Assembly (NCBI GenBank): GCA_001799735.1 | Contig: MGUA01000001.1 | Location: forward strand, 30,554 to 94,553 | Length of the DNA: 64,000 bases | Direction of reading: 5' to 3' | Source of the DNA: Elusimicrobia bacterium GWB2_63_22 | GTDB lineage: Bacteria; Elusimicrobiota; Elusimicrobia; Elusimicrobiales; UBA9959 | Shown: positions 43,370 to 50,323 of the stretch, in pieces | Layout: each line of letters opens with the position of its first letter | Numbering within the stretch: the first letter of the stretch is position 1 | Made by a program: the position numbers and the translations under genes | Notes under the pieces: generated by a model | The model's input: the letters and a program-made list of their open reading frames with translations, nothing else | What the model was told of the DNA's origin: nothing | The model's database searches: none

Positions 43370-45390
43370 GCCCAGGGCGGAGCTTTTGTAATTACCTTCA
43401 GCCAGGGCAGGTGCGCGAACTTTTCCGGCGGGTGGGCGGTGGCAAGGCAAATGTTGGTAAAGCCCTTCTCTTTTAGCTGAACGGCTATATCCTCGCCCTT
43501 CATGTTTTCCCCAAGGTCGGAATCAACATAGAGCGGGATGTCCTTGGGAAAAGTCCCCAAGGCCGAAAAGAATTCATCCGGTTTAGTAAACGCTCTCAGG
43601 CCAACGCCGTGCGCTTCTGCCGCCATCTCCCAAGTCATATGCGTCAGGGCATCATCGTCCAGCAGGACCGCCTGCGCCGGGGTTGTGGGCACGCTTATCG
43701 AAATCGGCACATATTCTGCCATTCCCTTTGCCATCAGCCGAACTTTCAAGCGGGCGCACTCTTCGATGACCCGTTTCTCCTCGCTGCGGCTCGTGACAAG
43801 AATGGTGCGGGCGCATAGCCCCAGCTCTTCTGCCAGGCTGAGCCCGGTTTCTTTATATCCTGAAAGCTCATAATCAAAAAGACAGACGGCGGCTTTCGCT
43901 TTCTCCAGTTCCGCCCTGGCCCAGGCGCGCAACGGCTCCGGCTCGCGGAAATATAATGTCTCAATGCTATGCGCTCCGAGGCGGGCGGCCTCAAAACGGT
44001 CGCGCCATAGCTGATGAATGCCTGTATCATCGTCCAGCACTATCGCCGGCCTGCCGGGAACGAGCTCGATTGCGGCCACAAAGCCGTCTGGCGCTTCCGC
44101 CCTTGGCAGTTTTATGGCTACGGTAGTGCCTTTGCCGGGAGTTGATGTTATTGTCAGGCTGCCGCCCCAGCTCTCTGCCGTGGTCTTGGCGTGGTACAAA
44201 CCGAGGCCGGAGCCGCCGGCTTTGCCGTGCGTCTCTCCGCGCTGTCCCAGCCGGGACAATATCTCCGGGGGGATGCCTTTGCCGCTATCCGTTATTGTCA
44301 GGACGATAAAATTATCTTCCGGTATCACCCTCACGTCCACTTTCCCCTTATCGCCCAGGGCCTCGGCAGCATTGTTTAGCAAGTTTGAAAGCATACGTCC
44401 GAATTCCACCGACTGCACCTTGGCGAACAGGCCATAGGACTGCCGCGAGAACTCAAAGTCGATAGTAATGCCAGGTTTTTCCCCATATTGCAGGCGCTTT
44501 TCGGTAATCACCGGCTCAATGAGACTTGAAAGCAAGCGGATTTCCATGGGGCTGGTGTTGCCTGCGGCCGGGGTACCGGTTTGTCGGCGGTTCTTTTCCA
44601 AGAGGCCGTTGGCCACGTCGCGGATGCGGTTGACGGCATGGCGCACTACGACGCGCTGCTGTTCGGGGAGCTGCTCCATGTTTTTAAGCGCGGCATCCAG
44701 GGCGAATACGGGCGAGCGGATATCATGCGCCACCTGGGCGGCCATACTTACCATCGCGTCTACGACAGATTTTTCCTGGATGAGTTGTATATGGGCCAGG
44801 TTTTTACGTCGGAGCTCGTCCATTTCATATATATCCAGCGCAACATCAGAGTTGAGGCCCTGACTTAAAGGGGTTAAGACTTCGGTTTTAAACCGTTTTT
44901 GCAACTTGGATATCGTGAGGACTACAGCTGAAAGCGTCACGACCATAATAACCATCAAAACCAAAAGTGGTTCAAAAGCCGTTAATGGCGATAAGACCAC
45001 AAGGAGATCCAAGCCTTGCACTCCTATCAGTTGTTTTCGTATAGACCACCTATGGAGATTCCCCGATGAAAGGCGGCAATACTCTAGCGGCCCAGGTGGG
45101 TATGAAATTTCGGCTGAAGAACCCGAGCATAATGCGACAAAGACCAGGTCTGGATTTCCCAGTGCCGATACAAAGGTGGACTCGATAAGTGATCTATTTG
45201 ATTGCTGGACACCCATACTTACAGTCGCCTGCATCTGCCCGATGCTTTCGAGTTGGCTCGTATATCGGTTATACGCGAAGTAGCTAAGGTATAAAGTCTG
45301 GGCGATAACCGTCAGGAACATCAGCCGGATTACAGGCTGCCTGGCGTGACAGTTAACCCAGGCTGACAGATTTGTCATAGTGCGCGCCAT
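43366..45390 (-). CDS. hybrid sensor histidine kinase (2 TM sensor + HisKA + HATPase + two receiver-like domains)
   Basis: 674 aa. H-box MAAQVAHDIRSPVFALDAALKNM. N box LSNLLNNAAEAL. G boxes DSGKGIP and GGSGLGLYHA. Two C-terminal REC-like segments (AIVLDDDTG..CLFDYELSG; AVLLDDDAL..LYVDSDLG). The kinase core is paralogous to 55962..57749. Confidence 0.85.
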   Translation of the reverse strand: MARTMTNLSAWVNCHARQPVIRLMFLTVIAQTLYLSYFAYNRYTSQLESIGQMQATVSMGVQQSNRSLIESTFVSALGNPDLVFVALCSGSSAEISYPPGPLEYCRLSSGNLHRWSIRKQLIGVQGLDLLVVLSPLTAFEPLLVLMVIMVVTLSAVVLTISKLQKRFKTEVLTPLSQGLNSDVALDIYEMDELRRKNLAHIQLIQEKSVVDAMVSMAAQVAHDIRSPVFALDAALKNMEQLPEQQRVVVRHAVNRIRDVANGLLEKNRRQTGTPAAGNTSPMEIRLLSSLIEPVITEKRLQYGEKPGITIDFEFSRQSYGLFAKVQSVEFGRMLSNLLNNAAEALGDKGKVDVRVIPEDNFIVLTITDSGKGIPPEILSRLGQRGETHGKAGGSGLGLYHAKTTAESWGGSLTITSTPGKGTTVAIKLPRAEAPDGFVAAIELVPGRPAIVLDDDTGIHQLWRDRFEAARLGAHSIETLYFREPEPLRAWARAELEKAKAAVCLFDYELSGYKETGLSLAEELGLCARTILVTSRSEEKRVIEECARLKVRLMAKGMAEYVPISISVPTTPAQAVLLDDDALTHMTWEMAAEAHGVGLRAFTKPDEFFSALGTFPKDIPLYVDSDLGENMKGEDIAVQLKEKGFTNICLATAHPPEKFAHLPWLKVITKAPPWA

Positions 45391-45411
45391 CTAACCTCTG
45401 AAGAGATAAAG

Positions 45412-45434
45412 CCCGGCCGGAGAAGCCGGCCGGG
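45412..45434 (-). terminator. stem-loop between the SBP and HK genes (terminator or attenuator)
   Basis: CCCGGCCGG-AGAAG-CCGGCCGGG. On the minus strand it is followed by CTTTATCTCTTC. Confidence 0.45.
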
Positions 45435-45439
45435 AGCAA

Positions 45440-46993
45440 TTACCGCGGTGTAAAATCCAGGATACTTAAGTTATGCCGGCCGAGGAAGGAGTCCCTTAGA
45501 TGGAGCCGGTCGGCATTATAGGCCACCCGTCTGTTGAGATATCCGAGGTGGACGTATGGGATATCTTTCAGGATATCCCTGGAAACGGCTTCGTAATGCG
45601 ATCCCAATTTTGCCAGGTCCAGCAGCTCCCGCCCGGTTTCCATGCCGTCGCAGACGGCTTTCCGCTCTGTTATCGGAGAGAATATCGCACCATGCCGGCC
45701 GAGCAGATGATAAAGCCCATCCGGATCTCCATCGGATACGGAAGCTCCCATAGGCATAATATCGGGGGTGAATTTTTTGTAGTACATTTCCCAGAAGTCT
45801 TTGGCCGAAAAATCAAACCTCGTGGTATCGGCCAGCTTAACGCCGTTTTTACGCAATACCTCCGCAAGCCATTCCCAGCCAAGGGGTCCCGCTGCCAGGA
45901 ACAGCGGGGTTTTCTCCGTAGCTTTAATAAACAGCCCTATATGCCGCTCGCCGTCGCGGATAGCCGCCTGCACTTCCGTATCGGGAATGCGCCCGGACTG
46001 GAATTGGAGGAAACTTTGAGGGTCGCTTTCAAATCCGCGCGCGTTGAACGCCTCTTTTGCCTGCCCTATATTTTTCCAGACCAGCGCCTGGAACGCCGAG
46101 CGGTTTCTGGGATTTGAGAACAGGCGCCCCTGCAACCCGTTAAGATTGATTATTAAATGCATGCCTTCCTGGCCGGAAGAACATTTTATGGGGGCGAGCT
46201 TGCCTTCATCACACCCCGGCATCAACGCCATTTCCGCTATCAGATAAGCGTCTATTTCTTTGGACTGCAATTTATTTAGGGCAATCTTCGACGGGATATT
46301 GAGAATTTTTACATGTTTCAGGCCGGGTGCTTTCCCCGCGTAGTACGGGTTCGGCACAAGAGTCAGTACCTGGTCGGTCTCCGTAATTACATACGGCCCT
46401 GTTCCGATTGGGATGTCCCCAACCATTTTATATACGGAAAAGCGGCCGCCCGTGAACCGTTGTAGTGTGCGACGGACGGGTTTTTCGAACTCCAGCTCCA
46501 GCGTATCACCGGAGAGGACCCGGACTCCGGAGATTTCACCTGTGGCTTTAAAATCGTGATATCCTTTCAGATTGGATAAGCCGTCAGCCAGAGAGCTGTT
46601 GCTCGATTTAGCTTCTAGGCGTAGCCCGTCTTCCCAAGATCTCTTGAAATCCCCTGCCTGAAGATATGAGCCGTCCGAGAAGCGGAGGTCGGTGTTTATC
46701 TTAAAGCGCAGGATGCGCCTGTCCTGGCTCAACTCCCAGGACTTGGCTGCCGCGGGGGCTATCAGCCCTTTGTCTTCGGTCTTAACAAGTGCATTGAATT
46801 GGTATGCGATGACGGCGTCACCGATAAGGGTATGCTGCAAAGGCGGGACTATGGTGCCCCAATAACTGGGAACGCCGACAGTGTATATAGTTTCGGACAT
46901 AGCTGAATGTTTCCTCCATAGGATAATGATGGAACACAAAAAGAAAACCCCCGCTATTAGCAGGGGGAACGACCATTTCCTGCTGGAAGTCAT
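45440..46993 (-). CDS. membrane-anchored family-5 (peptide/nickel type) solute-binding protein, orphan (no permease/ATPase genes nearby)
   Basis: 517 aa with an N-terminal signal anchor (KWSFPLLIAGVFFLCSIIILW). Body typical of SBP_bac_5 (..LVKTEDKGLIAPAAAKSWELSQDRRILRFKINTDLRFSDGSYLQAGDFKRSWE.., ..GTGPYVITE..). No ABC transporter genes within the block. Confidence 0.7.
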   Translation of the reverse strand: MTSSRKWSFPLLIAGVFFLCSIIILWRKHSAMSETIYTVGVPSYWGTIVPPLQHTLIGDAVIAYQFNALVKTEDKGLIAPAAAKSWELSQDRRILRFKINTDLRFSDGSYLQAGDFKRSWEDGLRLEAKSSNSSLADGLSNLKGYHDFKATGEISGVRVLSGDTLELEFEKPVRRTLQRFTGGRFSVYKMVGDIPIGTGPYVITETDQVLTLVPNPYYAGKAPGLKHVKILNIPSKIALNKLQSKEIDAYLIAEMALMPGCDEGKLAPIKCSSGQEGMHLIINLNGLQGRLFSNPRNRSAFQALVWKNIGQAKEAFNARGFESDPQSFLQFQSGRIPDTEVQAAIRDGERHIGLFIKATEKTPLFLAAGPLGWEWLAEVLRKNGVKLADTTRFDFSAKDFWEMYYKKFTPDIMPMGASVSDGDPDGLYHLLGRHGAIFSPITERKAVCDGMETGRELLDLAKLGSHYEAVSRDILKDIPYVHLGYLNRRVAYNADRLHLRDSFLGRHNLSILDFTPR

Positions 46994-47073
46994 AGGTCAG
47001 GAGGGTTACAGATTATGCGGCTGTCAGGTTGTAATATACGGGACCTTTAACCGGCTGATAGGGGATAAAGCGT

Positions 47074-47256
47074 TCACTGTCCCCGCTTGGGACCGTGAAT
47101 GCCGCTGTCGATAGCGGATTCCGCCAATACCTCATCGGCGGCGTTGCCCGCTCTGATTTGAGCGCTGCTTAGCGCAGACTGGGCGGCAAAAGAAACCGAT
47201 GCCAGCGGTATCATTGCCAGCAGCAGCAAACAGCACTTCTTGGTCAGGTTGATCAT
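47074..47256 (-). CDS. 60-aa secreted peptide (candidate signal or RiPP-like precursor)
   Basis: AGGGGAA SD 6-7 nt upstream of the ATG at 47256, 31 nt downstream of the rSAM gene. MINLTKKCCLLLLAMIPLASVSFA/AQSALSSAQIRAGNAADEVLAESAIDSGIHGPKRGQ. Confidence 0.55.
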   Translation of the reverse strand: MINLTKKCCLLLLAMIPLASVSFAAQSALSSAQIRAGNAADEVLAESAIDSGIHGPKRGQ

Positions 47257-47287
47257 AATCGTTCCCCTATTTCAGAGTATACTAAAT

Positions 47288-48313
47288 TCACAACCAGCAG
47301 CCGGGGTCTTTTTTTAGAAAACTCCCGTATGAGACAAAAGACGCATTGCGGTCTCCTCCACATCGATCGTAAAACATACAGGAACCACAGCCTTCTATCG
47401 CCCCGGCCCGCAAAGCCTTCATTATTGGGTGGTTGAGAAACAGATTCTCCAGGCCCTGTTCAAGGATATTGCCGAGCTTAAAGTCCGCCCGGCTCGTTAC
47501 CTTCAGGTTCCCATGACAGTCGATGATCAATCCTTGGAAACCAGCTTTCCCGTGCGCTCCCAGCTCCGGAGACAGAAGGATGAATAGCGGCAGGTTGGTT
47601 GCCGTGGGAATTGAAGTTTTACGAGAAAGAGCCAGTATCTCCTGGTAGGCCGCCCGCAATTCTAAAGCGGTAAGAGCGGAATCCTCCCCAGTCTCCTGCA
47701 GCGCTTTGCCTTTGCCTTGCGGCACGAACCTGGTAAAATTCATTGCTGCCGCGCCGGCATCGGCAGCCGTATTAAAAAACTCCGGTATCCATGCGGCCGT
47801 ATTTTTAGACAGCACCGCCTGTAACTGCACAGCCACGCCGGAATTATTAAGCGATTGGATACCTTTCACTGCCCTTTCAAAATTACCTGCCCCCCTGATA
47901 ACGTCATGCCGCACGGCATCCGGGCCGTCCACGGAGATTTGGGTAATGACGTCATACCGCTTCATCGCTGATACAACAGCAGCAGAGAGGCTGGTCCCAT
48001 TGGTCAAAACGGTGATGCCTACGCCGGGCCATCTTGAGCTTAATTCCTCTAAGATAGGAAGAAACAGCAGGCTCAATGTGGGTTCTCCTCCACTTATTCC
48101 AAAATGCGGCTTTAGATACAATCTATCTGCTAACTCCGAGTATTGGTCCAGAATTCTGCGCCAATCTGAAAGCGATAGGATTTCTTCAGCCGCCCCATGC
48201 GGTTGATAGCAGTGGGTGCAATTGAGATTGCAGGCATTGGTGATATCGAGCTGGGCGCTGAGGAACTTTTGACTCCCGGTGAATTTTAGTAAGTTTTTGA
48301 TGAGCCAGTTCAT
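47288..48313 (-). CDS. radical SAM enzyme with a C-terminal SPASM/twitch-type auxiliary cluster domain
   Basis: Start moved to the ATG at 48313 (MNWLIKNLL..), 341 aa. CxxxCxxC motif DITNACNLNCTHCY. GGEPT SAM-binding motif. C-terminal IIDCHGNL..GCGSCMFYDRCGG..DPGCW cysteine cluster. Confidence 0.85.
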   Translation of the reverse strand: MNWLIKNLLKFTGSQKFLSAQLDITNACNLNCTHCYQPHGAAEEILSLSDWRRILDQYSELADRLYLKPHFGISGGEPTLSLLFLPILEELSSRWPGVGITVLTNGTSLSAAVVSAMKRYDVITQISVDGPDAVRHDVIRGAGNFERAVKGIQSLNNSGVAVQLQAVLSKNTAAWIPEFFNTAADAGAAAMNFTRFVPQGKGKALQETGEDSALTALELRAAYQEILALSRKTSIPTATNLPLFILLSPELGAHGKAGFQGLIIDCHGNLKVTSRADFKLGNILEQGLENLFLNHPIMKALRAGAIEGCGSCMFYDRCGGDRNASFVSYGSFLKKDPGCWL

Positions 48314-48320
48314 TTTGATA

Positions 48321-48359
48321 CCGATAAAAAAAGAGAAAGCGATGTATATTGTCGCTTTC
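48321..48359 (-). terminator. canonical intrinsic terminator 8 nt upstream of the rSAM start codon (terminator of upstream genes and/or attenuator)
   Basis: Minus strand: GAAAGCGA-CAATATACA-TCGCTTTC followed by TCTTTTTTTATCGG, then TATCAAA-ATG (48313). Confidence 0.75.
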
Positions 48360-48530
48360 CCTGGATACACCGGATTAAGGTCCGGTCGTGGATGCCCGGG
48401 GGCCAATTCCCCCGATTACAAGGAAACTACAAATAGAGTCTAGCTGACAGAGGTTGCGGGCGGAAGGGCCTTTAGGCCTACGCGGAACTGGGCCCTCAAT
48501 TTCCGGATCAGGCAGGCAAAGCCAGGACTT

Positions 48531-48887
48531 TTAGAAACGCAGATATTTTCTAAAGGGCGCGACAAACCACTCATTAGGGAAGAACGGCGACCCCTCAACT
48601 TTCTTATCTGCAAGAGATGAAATGTGCCGTTCAATATCCTCCCCAAACAAAAAACCGGCTTCCTCTGCTAATGGGAACCAATCCTCCTCTGTCATTGGAG
48701 GATTTGCGGTGTCATGCTGAGAAAGATAAATCTGTTTCAGACGGGTGTAAAAGCTAAACCTTCTATCAAATAGCGCATTTTGCCTTTCCCGCTCTGTTGT
48801 CCACCATTGCAACCCGGCAAAGACAAGACCGACAACGGCAACGACAGGGGCCAAGCAGGCAGACAGCAAAGCAATATAGTCATTCAT
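48531..48887 (-). CDS. membrane-anchored hypothetical protein
   Basis: 118 aa with an N-terminal TM (IALLSACLAPVVAVVGLVFAGL) and a cytoplasmic tail. No family recognised. Confidence 0.5.
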   Translation of the reverse strand: MNDYIALLSACLAPVVAVVGLVFAGLQWWTTERERQNALFDRRFSFYTRLKQIYLSQHDTANPPMTEEDWFPLAEEAGFLFGEDIERHISSLADKKVEGSPFFPNEWFVAPFRKYLRF

Positions 48888-48919
48888 GCGGACGCTCCCA
48901 TATTAAAACCCGGATTTGT

Positions 48920-49510
48920 TCAAGACCCTGAAGACGCGAACTCCTTAACATAAACAAGACCCAGTCCGACGAACAAAAGCATTAGGCAGAGCATAAAGAC
49001 ATCGCCAAGGCCAAACGTTGAAGATATCGTGGCGCTCGGATCAATTACCCTAGCGAACTTTGGGTTAGACGGAAGATATCTTATCGGGAACCTGGTGCCT
49101 ACAGGATACTGCTTATCTAAATCCAATTTCGTAGAGTAGACCTCATACGTGAGTGTGTGGGTATCATGAAACCGGACTCGCCCCCTTCGTCCGCTAGTTA
49201 CAGTTCTTTCATAACCGGCCACAACGGCAACCGACTTAATCCCCTGCGCATACAACTCATAGTCGTATTTTATCGTTGTATACCATAAAAACGCCATCAC
49301 ACCTGCCAGGACCAGAAAAAATCCCGCTTTAATCAACACCGCGCTATCTCGTCCCTTATCCATCAGAATATTGTCGGTCACGATATATATCGCCACTATA
49401 CCGGCGAGAACAATACAGACTAGAAGCTCTACGCCGATGACATTCTTAAGATAGAGCAAGACCGAAAGGCCCAATGCGGCAATAAAACCCAAAAGCAATT
49501 TTACCTTCAT
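48920..49510 (-). CDS. DUF3592-like membrane protein
   Basis: Start moved to the ATG at 49510 (AGGGGA SD), 196 aa. Several TM helices flank a soluble beta-rich insert (VAGYERTVTSGRRGRVRFHDTHTLTYEVYSTKLDLDKQYPVGTRFPIRYLPSNP), as in DUF3592 proteins (recalled from memory). Confidence 0.55.
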   Translation of the reverse strand: MKVKLLLGFIAALGLSVLLYLKNVIGVELLVCIVLAGIVAIYIVTDNILMDKGRDSAVLIKAGFFLVLAGVMAFLWYTTIKYDYELYAQGIKSVAVVAGYERTVTSGRRGRVRFHDTHTLTYEVYSTKLDLDKQYPVGTRFPIRYLPSNPKFARVIDPSATISSTFGLGDVFMLCLMLLFVGLGLVYVKEFASSGS

Positions 49511-49626
49511 AATTTTTATTCCCCTAAACCTTAGAAAGCATTCTATCAAGAGCGAAATCAGCACCGACTTCAAAGCCCAGCAAAGCCATCGCCGGGAGGA
49601 CTCCCTCGGCATCCTGAGCGACAGAG

Positions 49627-49845
49627 CTAGAAGAAGTCTTTCAAATCGGTCTTGTATACCTTCAATATCTGCTTAAGCTCCACCACATCCACACGTCTTT
49701 CCCTGCGTTCTATTTTGGAGACATAAGACTGAGGCTTTTTAAGTTTCTGCGCAGCCTGAACCTGAGTTATCCCGGCCTCCAGTCTCACTTTTTTAAGTTT
49801 CGCAATAAACGCCTCATATTCTTTAGAGTATATTGATTCGCCCAT
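49627..49845 (-). CDS. XRE-family helix-turn-helix transcriptional regulator (72 aa)
   Basis: ATG at 49845. ..LKKVRLEAGITQVQAAQKLKKPQSYVSKIERRERRVDVVELKQILKVY.. is a canonical HTH_3/XRE motif. The ATG lies 6 nt after a TATACT box, so the mRNA is probably leaderless. Confidence 0.85.
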   Translation of the reverse strand: MGESIYSKEYEAFIAKLKKVRLEAGITQVQAAQKLKKPQSYVSKIERRERRVDVVELKQILKVYKTDLKDFF

Positions 49846-49893
49846 GAAAACAGTATATAACCTATTTAAGGATAGCCCAAGATAGGTTATAAT
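49846..49893. promoter_or_regulatory. divergent promoter/operator region of the XRE gene
   Basis: TATACT (49857->49852, minus). A 10-bp perfect inverted repeat, TATAACCTAT (49856-49865) and ATAGGTTATA (49882-49891), with a 16-nt spacer. TATAAT on the plus strand at 49888-49893, facing the unassigned GC-rich segment. Confidence 0.6.
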
Positions 49894-50271
49894 ATATACA
49901 GGGCAGAAGGAAAGAAGAGTCAGACAACAGCAAAGATTGATGGGCGGGGGCGATAATTTTCTTTTTTGTACGGACGCCGAAGGCGGATCGGGGGGTGGAG
50001 CGCAGCGACACCGCAGTGCGGCCGTGCCAAGGCCCACGTTTATTGGGCCGGCCGGCCGCGCAGAGGAGGTTGTTGTAAGATGCAGAACTCCTTGGGAGCA
50101 GGTGCAAGGCGCGCTAGTGCCGCCGCCCTGCGAACCCTCTAACGTGCGGCGAGGAGCAGTGCGGGGCCGCGTAGTGGCCACGCCTGCGACGGCATCTCGC
50201 GGATAGGGAACTCCTTATTCGATTCCCTCCGGATGTTCGTCGAAGAAGCGTCTAACATCGACCAACAGCCC

Positions 50272-50323
50272 CCACCATTTAAACGGCCGGTCTTCTTGCG
50301 AAGACCGGCCGTTTAAATGGTGG
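50272..50323. terminator. long palindromic terminator at the ssrA 3' end; right copy of the island-flanking palindrome
   Basis: CCACCATTTAAACGGCCGGTCTTC-TTGC-GAAGACCGGCCGTTTAAATGGTGG, with a 24-bp potential stem. The right arm includes the CCA end of the tmRNA. Confidence 0.75.

Larger units (their letters stand above)
39670..50271. mobile_element. putative degenerate genomic island adjacent to the 3' end of ssrA (no integrase seen)
   Basis: Visibly lower and patchy G+C compared with the flanks (hand counts in the summary). Bracketed by TTAAA(A/C)GGCCGGTCTTCT(C/T)GCGAAGACCGGCC(T/G)TTT at 39633-39669 and 50278-50314 (36 nt, 3 mismatches). The right end abuts the ssrA 3' end. Accessory-type gene content including an XRE repressor. 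Confidence 0.35.

Noticed and set aside
46898-46993. Alternative SBP start at the ATG at 46900, preceded by a strong GGAGGAAA
   Set aside because: That start would remove the N-terminal anchor (KWSFPLLIAGVFFLCSIIILW), which a periplasmic binding protein needs for export. The anchor is well formed, so the upstream ATG at 46993 is retained. The internal SD-like sequence remains a caveat.
48360-48470. SAM-I (S-box) riboswitch in the leader of the radical SAM gene
   Set aside because: GGGGAATTGGCCCCCGGGCA superficially recalls the GGGA..GGCCC..CCCGGCAACC core. However, the CTTATCAAGAG and GGTGCTAA elements and the four-helix layout are missing.
39670-50271. Integrase, recombinase or transposase that would prove the ssrA-adjacent block is mobile
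   Set aside because: I read all six frames of the block. No tyrosine or serine recombinase, or DDE motifs (R..H..R..Y, catalytic Ser, DDE), were recognised. The block is therefore reported only as a putative, degenerate island.
50202-50277. tRNA or second tmRNA-like gene on the plus strand, ending ..GCCCCCACCA opposite ssrA
   Set aside because: There is no complementary acceptor 5' strand at tRNA distance, no D-arm GG and no T-arm GTTCGAATC-like loop. The TTCGAC tmRNA 5' motif is absent at about 49988. The CCACCA is most simply the mirror arm of the palindromic ssrA terminator. The region is kept only as an unassigned segment in the findings.
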